Shown: piece after piece, positions 24,400-38,213 of the stretch
How the letters are laid out: every line of letters begins with the position of its first letter
Numbering within the stretch: position 1 is the first letter of the stretch
Assembly: GCF_004010195.1 (NCBI RefSeq)
Contig: NC_057719.1
Coordinates: 23,135,458 to 23,182,577 of the forward strand
DNA length: 47,120 nucleotides
Reading direction: 5' to 3'
From: Chiloscyllium plagiosum
Taxonomy: Eukaryota
Notes under the pieces: generated by a model
The model's database searches: none
Seen by the model: the letters and a program-made list of their open reading frames with translations, nothing else
What the model was told of the DNA's origin: nothing
Program-made: the position numbers and the translations under genes

Positions 24400-25768
24400 A
24401 AACTTCAAGCCAGTAGTGATTTCTACTGGGGAAATTAATGGGGTTGAAATTTGATAAGCCTCTGGGATTTGATCATTTGCACCCCAGATTGTTTAGAGTG
24501 GTGGTTATGGAGATAATCAATGTGTTGTTAAGCATCTTCTAAAATTCCATAGATTCTTGAATGATTGTTGCAAATTGACAGCCCATTATTTAATGTCACC
24601 ACATTACTTAAGGAACGAACTAGAGCAAATATCAGGAACTACAGATTCAACAACCTTACATGAATAATAGGCAAAGTGCAAGAACCTATCATAAAGGATG
24701 TAAGAAATGGACACTTGGGTAAAAAATTATCTGAATGGGCACAGTTAGAATGGATTTACAAATGGGAAATAGTCTTTGACAAACTTGTAAAGGCTTTTTG
24801 AGAATGCAACTAAAATATTTGATGAAGGAAGTTGATTAAATGCAGGATATCTGGATTTTCAGAAGGATGAAAGGATTGGCTAACAGACAGAAAACAGAAA
24901 CAGAAAAAAACAGAAAAAAGCATAAATGGATCCTTCTTGCGTTGCCAGACTGTGACTTGTGGATTACTACAAGGAGTAGTACTTGGAGCCCTAGGTATTC
25001 ACAGTCAGTGATTCACTGGTGGGAGTCAAGTGTTAAATTTTCAAATTGGCTGATTATATACGGCTATGTGGGAACGTGTATTGGGAGAAAGATGCAAACC
25101 AGCTTCAAGGGGATTTAGATCGACTCACTGATTGAGTAAGAACATGGCAGACAGAGAATAATATGAAAAAATGTGAGTTTATCTGGCAGATACACAGCAT
25201 ATTTCTTAAATAATGAGAAGTTTGAAAGGAACTTAGCCCTTGACAGTAAGTCACTAAAGGCTACATGGTGGTGTTGCAAGCTATTAGGAAAACTAATGAA
25301 ATGTTAGCCTTTATCACAAGAGGATTTGATTACAGGGATAGTAAAGTCTTGCTTCAATTGTCTGGGGGCTTGGTTAGACCACACCTGGAATGTTCTGTGC
25401 AGTTTTAGTCTCCTGATCTCAGAAAGGTGTTATTTCCTGAGGTGAAGTGTAACAAATGTTCACCAGACTTGTTCACAGAATGGCTGCACTGTCCTGCAAT
25501 GAGAGATCTCGGTCTGTATCCTCTCGAATATCAAAGAAGGAGAAGTGATCTCATTGAAATCTACAAATTACCTAAAGAGGCGTATACAGTAAATGGAAGA
25601 AACCTGTTTGTCCTAGTTGAATAATCTAGAACCAAAGCAAACAATTTAAAAATAAAGGGAAGTCTTTTAGGACTGGGATGAATGGAATTTTGTTTTTGGA
25701 TTATGTGAATCTTTGTATTCTGCATCCCAGAGGGCTGTGGAAGTTTAGTCATTGAGTCTATTTAAAGT
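24400..25768 (+). mobile_element. Old CR1 ORF2 remnant
   Basis: Colinear decayed motifs equivalent to KSPGPD, GNYR, QGSVLGP, VRPHLE and RRRSDLIEIYK (ORF 25427). Confidence 0.8.
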
Positions 25769-26930
25769 TTGACAAGGTGCTGGACAGGAGGCTGCTGAGT
25801 AAGATAAGAGCCCATGGTATCAGAGGCAAGCTGCTAACATGGATAGCTGATTAACCATCTGGCAGAAAGCAGAGAGTGAGGATAAAGGCATCCTTCTCAG
25901 GATGGCAGCTGGTGACAAGTGGTGTTCCTCAAGGCAGAGTGTTGGGACCACAACCTTTCACTTTATACATTAATGATCAAGATGGACTGAGGGCATTCTG
26001 GCTAAGTTTGCAGATGATACAGAGATAGACAGAGGGACAGGTAGCATTGAGGAGGTGGGGACACTGCAGAAAGATTTAGAAGGTTAGGAGAGTGGGCAAA
26101 GAAGTGGCAGATGGAGTACAACATGGGAAAGTGTGAGGTCATGCACTTTGGTAGGAAGAATAGAGCATGGACTATTTTTTAAATGGGGAGAAAATTCAGA
26201 AATCAAAGTGCAAAGGGACTTGGGAATTCTAGTCCAGGATTCTCATAAGGTAAACTTACAGGTTTAGTTGGTAGTTGGGAAGGCAAATATAATGTTGGCA
26301 TTTATTTCGAGAGGACTAGAATATAAAAGCAGGGATGTATGCCTGAGGCTCTATAAGGCTGCGGTCAGACCATTTTAGAGTATTGTGAGCAATATTGGGC
26401 CCCATACCTCAGGAAGGATGTACTGCCCCTAGAGCAGGTCCAGAGGAGGTTCATGAGAATGATCCTAGGAATGAAAGACTTAACATATGAGGAACGTTTG
26501 AGGACTCTGGGTCTATACTCAATAGAGTTTAGAAGGATGGGGGGGAGGGATCTAATTGAAACTTACAATATACTGAATGGCCTGGACAGAGTGGACTTTG
26601 GGAAGATATTTCCATTGGCAGGAGAGACTAGAACCTGAGGCTACAGCCTTAGAGTAAAGGGAAGACCCTTTAAAACAGGAATGAGGAGAAACTTCTTCAG
26701 CCAGAGAGTGGTGAATCTATGAAATTCATTGCTACAGAAGGCTGTGAAGGCCAGATTATTGAGTCTATTTAAGACAAAGATAGATAGGTTTTTGATTGTG
26801 TGGGGGACCAAAGATTACAGGGAGAAAGCGGGAGAATGGAGCTGAGAAACCGAGCAGCCATGATTGATTGATGTAGCAGACTTGATGGCCGAATGGCCTA
26901 ATTTCTGCTCCTATGTCTTATGGTCTTATG
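25769..26930 (+). mobile_element. CR1 RT to 3' end, inserted in an older CR1
   Basis: FDKV, SGVPQGRVLGP, AKFADDT, WAKKWQMEYN; tcttatggtcttatg tail. Confidence 0.93.
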
Positions 26931-27069
26931 AACATAAGTAAGAGTTTTTTTCTTCATTTTTAGAAGAGTAATGGTTTAGAGTTAATAGATTTGCAAATGT
27001 GATATTCTATTGACAATGAAGGGCCACAATGCTCTCAGAAAAGTTTCTCTCTATTAGCTCCTCCTATCA

Positions 27070-28918
27070 TATCTAAGTGCAATCCCTTATACAACTGAAG
27101 TAAATGGTACCTATGGTACATCGTGTTTGGGCAGATAGACCTGGTGACATTTGTGGCTGGAGGACCCAAACATGCTGAAACTGTCCTGTCCTCTTTGGTT
27201 TCAACTTGCAGAGTTGGGGGTCACAGATAGAGTGGAGGTGGAGGGGCAAGGTATGTCTGAAGTGTTGTGAAATGAAACCTCTGGGGGGCCAGTGTGTGGT
27301 TCTTCTTCCATCATTGTGCCTTCTGATATACCCTGTCACCTTGAGAGAAAGGGGCACCCAGAGTGAGGCCCCTGTCACCTTGCCATTTCTACCAATGGCT
27401 AAACTGGGTCTGTTTGCATCTCCCTGGCAGCCAATGAGCATTCAGGTAGATCCAACATTGCATTGTAGTGGCCAACGTGTCCATGGACACAGCCAGACTC
27501 ATGCATGCTACATCGAACACATGATATTGATGTAATCATCTGCCTTCTACCAAGTATCTCTGAGAAACCAGGTTGCTGCAACTGTGTCTGTGCATTTTCA
27601 CAAATACTTTAATGGCCCACACCTTGGAGTCCTATTCTGCCTGCAGATGTGTAAGTGCCAATCGCTCCAATAGTTATGTGAATGTTGGTAGCCTTGGCAT
27701 TTCTTCCTTAGCCAACTGTGGAAACGTGGCAATGATATAATCATCAGCTTTTGCTTCCAACTCTAATCTAGCTAAAGTATCCAGCCAGGTAACAGTATCT
27801 GAGGTAGAGGAGAAACCTTTGCTTCAGCGGGATCTGTGGCTCCTTCCTCAGAGGTGCAGAAGAAGCTGATATCTGGAGCTTGTCTTGTGTGAATGGAAGC
27901 TGTACAGATATCACTGGTGATCACACGAGACAAGAGAGAGAATACATTCCACAATAGGGGCAGAACACTGAGTATACTAAGAATATGTTCATCATGGTGG
28001 TAATGGAAGAGCAATACTGCATGTCACAAGGAATCTCAATTGGTTGCTGGGGCTTGGAGGTCTCAGACCCACCATATGAGAGTTTACAGCCCTCTTCTGC
28101 AGCTCAAGGATTTTCTTCTCCTTTGTGGTGAGGTGACAAAAGTCAGCCATCCATCTTGGTCCTCAAGTGAGTCAACGGGAGTGATTGACTTAGAAGAATG
28201 TGCCTAGAAGGGTTGTCAGTTGCAGCACAGGTGCAGGAAAGACGGTAAGGTGAACCAGGTGAGTGAGTGGGAAATGCGGTGGGTAGGACCAGTTGGCAGT
28301 TTAAGGGATGTGGTGGGTGAAAGACATTGAGGAAAGATGTTGCTTGAAATACTGTGATTGGTAGACCATGACACTTGTTGGGAGGTAGGTGCAGTTGTGG
28401 AGTTGCGACAAATGTGAAGTCGCAGAGAAAAGATGGTGGAATTCGCTCACTGCAGGGTGCAGAAGGACCTCTTTCAGTGTTGCTGTGTGTTCCTCCAAAT
28501 GGTGGAAACCATGCCGACTCTAGTGGCAACATCAGAGCAGGCAGGCAGGATCTAATGCCACGGTCTCCTCTCATGGTCCCGGAAAATGAGTATGGACCTC
28601 CACTCCAGCATCAATCCATAAGGCCCCTGTCAGTGATGTGGGCTGACAACTTGACTACCTTAGGCAGGAACTTTGGAATTGTACAGTGACACATTAAAGG
28701 CAGTGCCTGGCCTGCCGTTCTTGAAATAGGTGCAACAGGGTTAAAATATAGCGCTGGTGAAGTGAACATCGGAAACTCCTGGTGTAATTGAACACTTCCA
28801 CCTCTGGTGGAAGATTACATAAGAGCAGTGCTGTGGAGTTCGGAAAAAGGTTACTAAGGCACACGAGGTTAACTTTCCAAAATTAACGCTCAGTCAAATT
28901 TTAGGTAAATTCAGCCCC
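27070..28918. other. GC-richer degenerate block, possibly a Harbinger-type DNA transposon remnant
   Basis: Compositional shift and a terminal 'aaattcagccc' resembling GGGC-type TIRs; no transposase motif or partner TIR recognised. Confidence 0.25.
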
Positions 28919-30128
28919 ACATCTTGTTATAAGTCAGTCACTGAAAATTCAAGTATCTTTTGCAAAGTATCAATTTCTACGGAGTTCACAACATTATTGC
29001 CAGAGAAGTTTTTGTCAAATATTGCAATGGAATATCACTGTCAAGTTTAACCCGGTATCAGAGGTCAGTCTACAGGTCGTGAGAGACCTCTAAACAATGG
29101 AAGAGTTTGATTTATAAAGTTGCCAAAAACATCACCAAGAAGGACATCTGTGAACTCTAATAAAGAATTTATTTCTGACCCATGAGAGATATTAGTTATT
29201 TCTTGGATTATAAATATCAGATAAAATGGCAGTTAATCTAATCAACCCATGTGATGTTCTTCAATAAATTTGAAAATTATACGAAATGTCAGAACTGGAT
29301 TCCTGAGACTAAACTAGGAGGACTGATGAAGTTAAATTTTGGGAACTTAATGAAGGAACATTGCAAAATCTTGGAACAAAAAGAAAACTAAAAAATACCA
29401 CTTTTTGTTTGCTTTCAGAAATAACAGAATTGTACAACAATTTCAGTGTTTTAAAGCAGAAAGCTTCACAAATCTGCAAAGTAAAATTCACATGCTCATT
29501 GCATATGGTAAAAGTACACAATGCATGCAATCTCCTATTCCAATCTTGCTATAGGACAGATGCATGATGTATCTCGTGAGCTATTCAATACTGATCTGGG
29601 CATGCAGTTGCTAAGAAAAAAAAATATTCTGAGGCAAGCGGTTGAGCCATCAAGCAGTTCCTAGGTGCTGAATATTGTAAACAATAGTAAAACTAAAAAT
29701 GACATTATTATTACTAATAAAACTAGGAACGTTAGTCATCAATCTCAAAGGCTGTGGGTCTCTTAATAATGCTGTAAAGGGAGATTTACTTTCTCCTGCA
29801 GTTAATCAAAAAACTTGTAAATCCCAGCCCTGAAAATTTAATATTTTGCTGCTGCCCAGTGACACCAAAAGGATAATTTTAGTTAATTCAATTGTGCTTC
29901 ATTGTTGTTTGTAGTGTTTGGTGAGAAGTAATAAATGAAAGAAACTGGTATAAATTGATTCCAATTTTGTACTTCAGCAACTCTTAACTCCTGAATATTG
30001 AAAACAATGCTTTCTTGTACATTGTAAATTTTCTTAATGCCACACAATACCCAGAGATCAATTAACTTTGTTGACCAGAAGGCTGATTTGCAAAGCAAAA
30101 TGATGGCAATAGCATGACTACAATACAT

Positions 30129-30280
30129 GCACTGGCTGAGGTCACCATGAACGTTCTGGCTTCTTCACTCTCTACCTCTCGCCTGAGGTGTGGTGGCCCT
30201 CAGGTTAAACTCTCCAACAGATGTCTCTCTCGAAAGAGACGACAGCCTTATGGTTTGTTTTAGACCATGGTGAATTTCCC
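30129..30280 (+). mobile_element. 5'-truncated SINE-like repeat body with two hairpins
   Basis: Resembles a recalled vertebrate tRNA-SINE body (ggctgaggtcaccatgaa...cctgagg..cctcaggttaaac); tRNA head absent. Confidence 0.5.
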
Positions 30281-30437
30281 TTCATTCTATATTAGCTCCC
30301 ATTGTGACTCCACAAAGTCTGGGCAATGCAAGGTCGACATATCAGTGTTGTGAGGAAATAGGCTGAATTTTATAATCCATGATCTCCTTCTTCATTTGTT
30401 CAGCATCCTCATGCAAGGCAAGTGTGAGCAGGTGACC

Positions 30438-30582
30438 TCATAGAGTCATACAGTTTTACAGCAGGGAAACAAACCCTTCAGTCCAACTCCTCCACGCCAA
30501 CCACTAACCTAATCTTGTCCACTAACCTAATCTAGTCCTATTTGCCAGAACTTGGCCTATACCTCTCAACCATTCCTATTCA
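30438..30582 (-). mobile_element. CR1 3' UTR fragment
   Basis: Homologous to 23536-23680 and 37395-37530; internal ccactaacctaatct occurs twice. Confidence 0.85.
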
Positions 30583-32029
30583 AAAGCTCGTTAGTTGCTA
30601 CTCAAATTAATTCAGTTTTCATCATTCAAAGGAATAATTCTCACACTAAGGAGGAGATAGAGTGGGGAGAAATTAAATTCACGGCTGCTGCCCTGGACCT
30701 TGCCAGAGGAATTGACTGAAGATTTGATGGAATCGGAGCTAGTTTTAGTATATGTGAGATCATGTCAGTGCTATTTGTTTCCAATGGTGAACTCACTGAC
30801 TGCAAGAAATGTTTGGTCGGAATGACGGATTTTTTAAAAATGATCTTTACAAGTACCAGATTTGTACAATTAAATGGACAGAACAGAATCGCAAACTTCA
30901 ACAGGATAAGCTAATATTGTAACACAGGCAGGGTTTTCTTTATGCGAGTCATTTTACTTATTGTGCAATAAATCATTTCAGTGTTATTTCTGAGAGCTTT
31001 GCCATTTATCATAACTCCTCTGTGGTTTGTATTGATCAGCAGTAATAAAAAGAGAAAAACAATGGAAGAATTAACAGGCTTTCAGTTCTTTGAAGTGCAC
31101 TGGGATCTGACTGTTTGTTTGGGACTTTCATAAGCCAGGTTTATGCAAACATTGGAGATGTCCTCAGGGAGATTCTATTCCTGTCACAATAGATCTCCTG
31201 TAGCCCCAATACAAACTTAGTCAATTGTCAGCAGCTTTTATTTGCAACATTAATGACTTATTTTAAAAGGGCTCCCTCTTCATAAATAAAATGTGGGCTG
31301 ACAGTATTCTGTGGAATCGTGTGTAGAACTTGGCAAAATTAATCATATCATTTTATAGAGGATAGTGTATGAAAAGCAGCAGATGCTGCATGTCATTAGG
31401 TAAGGATTTATTTGTGGATTCTGTGAATCAACTAGGTCATTCCGCTGATTACATTGCTAAACATGGCAGTTATTTTATTACTGTAGGTTTAAACACAAAT
31501 TATGGCAGTGTCTGTAGTAGGTATATGTTTTTGCAAAACTTAAATATGATCTAAAAGGGATAGGGTGGAAAATGTGGCTTGACAGCACTGAGAGCGTCAA
31601 AGGTACAGACACTGGTTTGGTGAAAAAAGATTACACAAGTTTACTTCCTAATTCTTCACAGGTGATCTGCGACTACATTGTTGAGAATGTTGGCTGATGC
31701 ATATGCATGAACTGGAAGTGTGTAATGTAGGTTAACAGTGACGCTGTTTGAGGCTAGCACTGCCATTTCATCAGTCTAGTGAATGTCCTTGCTTTAACAT
31801 GCTCAAATGAACATGTTCTCCGAAGCAAGACAGAAAGCCACATTGCTTAATTTGCATCCAAACTACAGGCTTGTTAAAGGATCTTCAGAAGCATGTGGGA
31901 GTACTGGGTTGCTGGAAAATTGGCATTGCTGGCAGGGATGTGGGTACATGAATATCGATTGCTGATGAAAGACCTCAGGGTACACCACTTGCTGATAGAC
32001 TTGGAAATTATGGTTGCATTTTTCTTATT

Positions 32030-32323
32030 TTCAATCACAGAATGAGAGCTTCACTGGCTAACATTTATTGCTCATTACTAATTGCCAAGAGGGTAGTTAA
32101 GATTCAACCACATTGTTGTGAGTCTGGAGACACATGTAGGCCAGACCAGGGAAGCATGGCAATTTCCTTCCCTTTCGTGAACTAGATGGGGTTTTCCCAA
32201 CACTTAATTCATGGTCGTCATTAGATACTTCATGCCAGATTTTTATTGCACTCAAATTCCTCCATTTGCCATGGCGGGATTCGAACCCAGTTCCCCAGAG
32301 CATTATCTCGGTCTGTGGATTAA
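32030..32323 (-). mobile_element. tRNA-derived SINE, second family
   Basis: B box gggttcgaatcccgcc on the minus strand; homologous body. Confidence 0.85.
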
Positions 32324-32757
32324 CATGGCTTTGTCAGCGCAACCGAAATTCTGAGATGAAAAACAATTACAAACAATACCATTCATTTCAGCCGGCATTT
32401 GTCTACGAAAATTACATCATGGTAATAAATGATTACTAACCTGGCATCAGTCTTTATTTGTTCATCCCAGGTCAGTCCCTCAACAATCTTTCAGCTACCA
32501 TGGCATACCAGAGGGTGGCTATTGTAAACAAGAGAAATACACGCTGCACCTGCCCACCACAATACTTGGCAGCAATTATACCTGCCCAACTGGCATCTTT
32601 GAGCAGAGTAGCAGCCATGTGTACTATCTACAAGATAGGTCATTGCACATCATACAAGTAGCAGCAAGGACAATGTATGTGGCAGGGAGCATAGATGCTA
32701 TCATCCTGAGGTAGTATAATTGGATTCTGCTGCACAATGCTGGAGTAGAGCATGCAT

Positions 32758-33073
32758 TTAGATTAGAATATTTACAGTGTGGAAACAGGCTCTTTGGCCC
32801 AACAAGTCCACACCGACCCTCCAAAGAGCAACTCACCCAGACCCATTCCCCTACATTTACCCCTTCACCTAACACTACAGGCAATTTAGTTTGGCCAATT
32901 CACCTAACCTGCACATTTTTTTTGGACTATGAGAGGAAACTGGAGCACCCAGAGGAAACCCACGCAGACACGGGGAGAATGTGCAAACTCCATACAGACA
33001 GTTGTCTGAGGTGGGAATTGAACCCGGGTCTCTGGCACTGTGAGGCAGCAGTGCTAACCACTGTGCCATCGTG
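32758..33073 (-). mobile_element. HE1-type SINE
   Basis: Full reverse-complement match to 40454-40761; ttagattaga tail. Confidence 0.93.
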
Positions 33074-34003
33074 TGAGACCCTAACATCACATTTTGAGCA
33101 CTGAAAGCAATCTGATCCAGTATGTCACCAAGCAGAGGTTTAATGGCCTCAGTTCCATTAATGTTAAACTGAATACTTGGAGGTATGAGATGAAACTGTT
33201 AAAATCCCCTGATTTACCTTCTGAACCTTTTTCACCTTTGACTTATTACTTTCTTTTTTATCTTTACATTTAATTCTCTGTGCTGTATTGTACTTGCACC
33301 TTGTACCACAGCAAGGTTAATCTTTGCAAAATAACACAATGGCCACACAAGTTGAAGGATAATATGCTTTATTTGAAAATGTGCGATTCTGCAACATAAG
33401 CAACTTAGGTTGTACAATGTGCAATGACCTTTAAAATAATGGAATCAATATGTTCTTTTTCATTTTGCAGTTTTCTATATCATTGCAGAATTTAATATAA
33501 TATTATTATTCCCTCTACTTCCCCATTGAAATATGTTTCAGGTTATATTTATTCTGGGAGAAACATGGATTGACCTGTTCTCGTAAGCACAGCAGTAGTT
33601 TGAGACTGATAATGCAGCATTGATTCTTGTCCAGATCCTAAATTGCCACAGAAAGAGATCTCAATATGTACCAGTGAATAGAGGCCTGGTGCAACATTGT
33701 CCTTGACTGAATTCAAGGATTTTAATTCTGCTCTACAGATGTCTAGTGTGTATGTTCCTGATGGCTCAGCAAAGCTTATTCAGTGATAAGCTGACCCATA
33801 AAGTCCAGGAAAGTGCCAAATCTGATTTCTGATCTATCTTAGGAGAACTGACTTCAAAGGAAGCTTCTTTACCAAAGAGTAGTGAAAATGTGGAACTCAC
33901 TACCACAGGGACAGATTGAATAGTGTAGCTGAGTAACATCTGGCGAAAGTACTCTGAAATCTGAGCATACAAGCAGCTACACTACAAACTAATATAATCA
34001 ATA

Positions 34004-34188
34004 TGGGTGGCATGATGGCTCAATGGTTATCACTGTTACTCATAGTGCCAGGGATCCAGGTTCACTTCCAACTTAAGGTTCCTGTATGTGTGGAATTTGT
34101 GATGCTCCCTGTGCCTGTGTGAGTTTCCTTTTGGTGCTCTGGTTTCCTCCCACTGTCCAAAAATGTGCAGGCTAGTTGGATTGCCTAT
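34004..34188 (+). mobile_element. HE1-type SINE 5' half (3' half at about 36930-37012)
   Basis: gggtggcatgatggctcaatggtt head; breaks where the CR1 tail starts; 'ggtctgggtgggatg...ctgtagggattctatga' resumes after the CR1. Confidence 0.8.
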
Positions 34189-34836
34189 GAGAAATAGAAC
34201 ATGGAACAGTACAGCACAGGAATGTACCCTTTGGCCCACGATGATTCAGCCCAAACATGATATCAAATTAAACCCATCCCTTCTACTTGCCCTTGATCCA
34301 TCACCCTCCATTTCTTATATATTCATGTGCTTACATAAAAGTCTCTTGAACACCCCTATCCTGCTTCCAACACCTTCCCTGGCAGTGCATTACATGCTTC
34401 TACTGGTCTGTGTAAAACTTGCTTCTCACAGCTCCTTTGAACTTTCCCCCTCTCACCTTAAAGCATGCCCCCTAGTTTTAGACATTTCAACTCGAGGAAA
34501 AAGATTCTGCCCATCAACTCTGTCTATGCTCCCATAATTTTATAAACTTTAATCTAGTCTCTCCTCAGCCTCTGCCATTCCAGAGAAGACAACCCAAGTT
34601 TTTCTAACCTCTCCTTATAGCTCATACCCTCTAATCCAGCAGCATCCTGGTAAACATCTTCTGCACCCTCTCCAAAGCTTCCACATCCTTCCTGCAATGT
34701 GACAAGTAGAACTGAATGCAATACTTGAAGTGTGGTTCAACCAAAGTCTTATAAAGCTGCAACATGACATCCTGACTCTTGTACTCAGTTCCCTGACCAA
34801 TAAAGACAAGCATGTTATACGCATTCTTTACCACCC

Positions 34837-34870
34837 TTCCTGAAGAAGGGCCTGTGCCTGAAACGTCGAA
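34837..34870 (+). ncRNA. Minimal type-I hammerhead ribozyme motif (best-preserved copy)
   Basis: uuc-CUGAAGA-A-GGGC-CUGU-GCCU-GAAACGUC-gaa: helix I uuc/gaa, palindromic ACGU in place of helix III, GUC cleavage triplet. Confidence 0.78.
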
Positions 34871-34965
34871 TCTCCTGTTCCCTGGATGCTGCCTGACCTG
34901 CTGTGCTGTTCCAGCAATAAAGTTTCAACTTTGATCTCCAGCATCTGCAGACCTCACTTTCTCCT
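34838..34965 (+). mobile_element. Penelope-derived hammerhead-plus-tail insertion (about 128 bp) inside CR1
   Basis: Starts about 2 nt before CTGAAGA, ends ctttctcct; accaccct duplicated at 34830-34837 / 34970-34977. Confidence 0.9.
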
Positions 34966-37394
34966 CCTCACCACCCTATCTACTTGCACAGCCACTCTCA
35001 GGGAGCTATGGACTTGAACACCAAGATCCTTCTGTACACCAATGCTGTTCAGGGTCCTGTCATTAACTTTTTACTTTTCTTTAACATTTGATCTCCCAAA
35101 ATGCAGCATCCTACACTATCCGGATTAAACTCCATCTGCCATTTCTCTGCCCATATCTGCAACTGATCCAAATACCGTAGTATCCTTTGACAAACATCTA
35201 CACTATCCACAGCTCTACCAATCTTTGTATCACCTGCAAACTTACTAACACATCCATTTACATTTTCATCCAAGTCATTTATATATATTGCAAACAGCAG
35301 AGGCCCCAGTACGGATCCCTGCAGAACCACTGGTCACAAACATCCAGCCTGACAAATACCCTTCCACCACTACCCTTTGCCTTATATGGGCAAGCCAATT
35401 CTGAATCCATGCAGCTAAGTCACCATGGATCCCATGTTTCTTAATCTTCTAGATGAGCCTACCATGAGGGACCTTGTCGAAAGCCTTATTAAACCTACGT
35501 AGATAACGGCCATTGCTCTACCCTCATCAATCACCCTCATTACATCTTCAAAACTTCAATCAAGTTAGTAAGACGTGACCTGTCTTGCACAAAGCCATGC
35601 TGACTATCCCTAATTAGGTCATGCATTTCCAAATGCACGTAAATCCTTTCCCTAAGAATTCTCTCTAATAGCTTCCCAACCACCAATGATAGACTCATCC
35701 ATCTATTGTTTCCTAGATTATCCCTATTTCCCTCCTTGAGTACAGAAACAACATTAGCTATTTGCCAGTCCCCTGGGACCTCTCCAGTCACTAGCAAGGA
35801 TACAACGATGGTGGTGAAGGACTCAGAAATCTTCCTTCTTGCTTCTCTCAATAACCTGGGGTAGATATCATTGGGTCCTGGGGACTTATCTATGTTAATG
35901 CTCTTCAAGAGACCTAACACCATTTCTTTCTTGATCTCAAAATGTTGTAGCATATTAGCATGCTCCAAAATAATCACACTATCCTTCATATCCCTCTCCT
36001 TGGTGAATACTGATGTGAAGTAATCATTTAGGATCTCACCCACATCCTCTGCCTCTCAGCACAAGTTCCCTCCTTTATCCTTAAGTGGTCCTACCTTCTC
36101 TCAAGCTATCCTCTTATTTTATGATGCATGTATAGAATACCTTGGGACTCTCTTTAACCCTACTTGTCAAGGTCATTTCATGGACCCTTCTTGTTCTCCT
36201 AATTCTCTGCTAGAGTTCTTTCTTGCTTCCTTTATATTCCTCGTGGACCCTGTCCAATTTTAAGCTTCCTAAACCTTACATATGCTCATTTTTTACCATT
36301 TAACTAAATTCATAAACTACCTCGCTATCCAAGGATCCCTTACCTTGCCATCCTTATCCTTTCTCCTCACTGGAACATGCCATTCCTGAACTCTCAGCAG
36401 CAGGTCTTTAAACAATTCCCACATGTCAAATGTTGACTTGCCTGATAACAGGTCCTTTCAGTTAATATTCCCTAGCTTAACATTGCTTAACATTGATGTA
36501 ATTAGCCCTCCCCCAATTTAGTACCTTGCTACAAAGTCCTGACTTATCCTTAATCATAGCTATTATAAAACTTAAGGAATTGTGATCATTGTTTCCAAAA
36601 TGCATTCTCACTGAAAAGTCAGTCACCTGACTAGGCTCACTAGCCAGTACAAGGTACAGTACCACCTCTCCTCTAGTTGAACTATCCACATACTGTTTCA
36701 AGAATCCCTCTTGGATACATTTAATAAATCCTGCCCTGCCTAAGTTTCTTGCTCTAAGTCCCAGTCAATACTGGGGAAGTTAAAGTCACCCACTATGACA
36801 ACTCTGTTTTTTATTGCATCTTTCTATAACCTTCCTACATATATGTTCCTCAATATCTTGGTGGGTTTTTTTTCAAGGGGGGGGGGGAGGCAGTGAGGGG
36901 AGCTACAGTATAATCCTATCAGAGTGATTGTGGGGTTAGAGGGATAGGGGTAGGTCTGGGTGGGATGGTCCTTGGAAGGTCAGTGTGCCTGTACTGTAGG
37001 GATTCTATGATAATCAGTCAAGATTGCAGTCTAACTCATTTATGCTCAGAAAAAACAAATACATAGTTGAGTTGAGTGAACCCAAAATGCCAGCACTGCT
37101 CAGTTGTGCTGAATGAGCTGCTTCTGTGCTACATATCCCCATATAGTCCTATATATGTAATAATTAACCTATGACCACAAGACTATCACTCTCCCATGAC
37201 AGAAATTGCATTGTATCTGTTCTTTTTGAAGATAAGTAGGAATAATCAATAGAGGGGTAATACAGGTCAGGGTGCACCAAAGCACCAACTCAAGGGGAGA
37301 TTAAAATCCTCATATAGGAACAGACACAATGAGAGTTGTTGATACTTGATGATAGAGTTGACTTGTAGACAAATCTTCTGAAGGAATGGCTTCG

Positions 37395-37812
37395 AGTCAC
37401 AAAGTCATAGAGATGTACAGCACGGAAACAAACCCTTCAGTCTAACTCGTCCATGCCAACCAGATATCCTAATCTAATCTCATGAGCCAGCATTTGGCCC
37501 ATACCCCTCTAATCCCTTCCTATTCATATATCTATCCAGATGCCTTTTAAATGTTGCAATTGTACCAGCCTCCATCATTTCCTCTGGCAGCTCACTCCAT
37601 ACACACACCACCCTTTGATTGAAAAAGATTCCCCTTAGGCCCCTTTTAATTCTTTCCCCTCTCACCCTAAACCTATGTCCTCTAGTTGTGGACTCCCCAA
37701 CCCCAGGGAAAAGATCCTGTCTATTTACCCTGCCAATGACCATTATTTTATAAACATCTATGAGGTCATCCCTCAGCCTCCAACATTCCAGGGAAAACAG
37801 TCCCAGCCTCTT
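37395..37812 (-). mobile_element. CR1 3' end
   Basis: ORF 37480-37743 TRGHRFRVRGER...FFNQRVVCVW; same subfamily as 23536-24091. Confidence 0.93.
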
Positions 37813-38213
37813 CCTGGATAGCTCTCAAGGTCAGACACATCTGTACCTTTTCAACTCTCGCCTCAGTCCAAGAGAGGAAAGTCAGTGACATTAGTCAATC
37901 AGATTTCCACAGATAAAGTGAACATATCACCAGCATCTTCTGACACAAGTGAACAATTCTATCTACTTTGCTGAAGACAACCACCAGCAATGAGAGGGCA
38001 TTTCACCTCTACAGGAGGCAGAACTTGTGAAGGTTAAGAGTTGGCATTCACAGGCATGCAGACAACATTAATCCCAATGTGCGTTTGGTAGCATGTAACT
38101 ATATTGATGAATAATTCACACCCAAAATCAGCATTTCTCAGGCAGTGAACATGACATTTCCAGAATGAGATAAAGTAGTCTGCTATCAATATTTAACCTG
38201 CTAAAGAAATTGG

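Larger units (their letters stand above)
34189..36929 (-). pseudogene. CR1 LINE ORF2 (APE endonuclease through RT to 3' tail), disrupted
   Basis: ORFs 36477 (TRGEVVLYLV...NDHN), 35540 (KSPGPNDIYPRLL...SQHGF), 35049 ([17 protein letters not shown]...SKFAGDTK), 34631. Confidence 0.95.

Noticed and set aside
30641..30901. Possible coding exon in unique sequence
   Set aside because: No recognisable protein in the frames examined and no clear splice sites
31659..31696. Splice acceptor ttcttcacAG followed by VICDYIVENVG
   Set aside because: All three frames hit stops quickly; peptide not recognised
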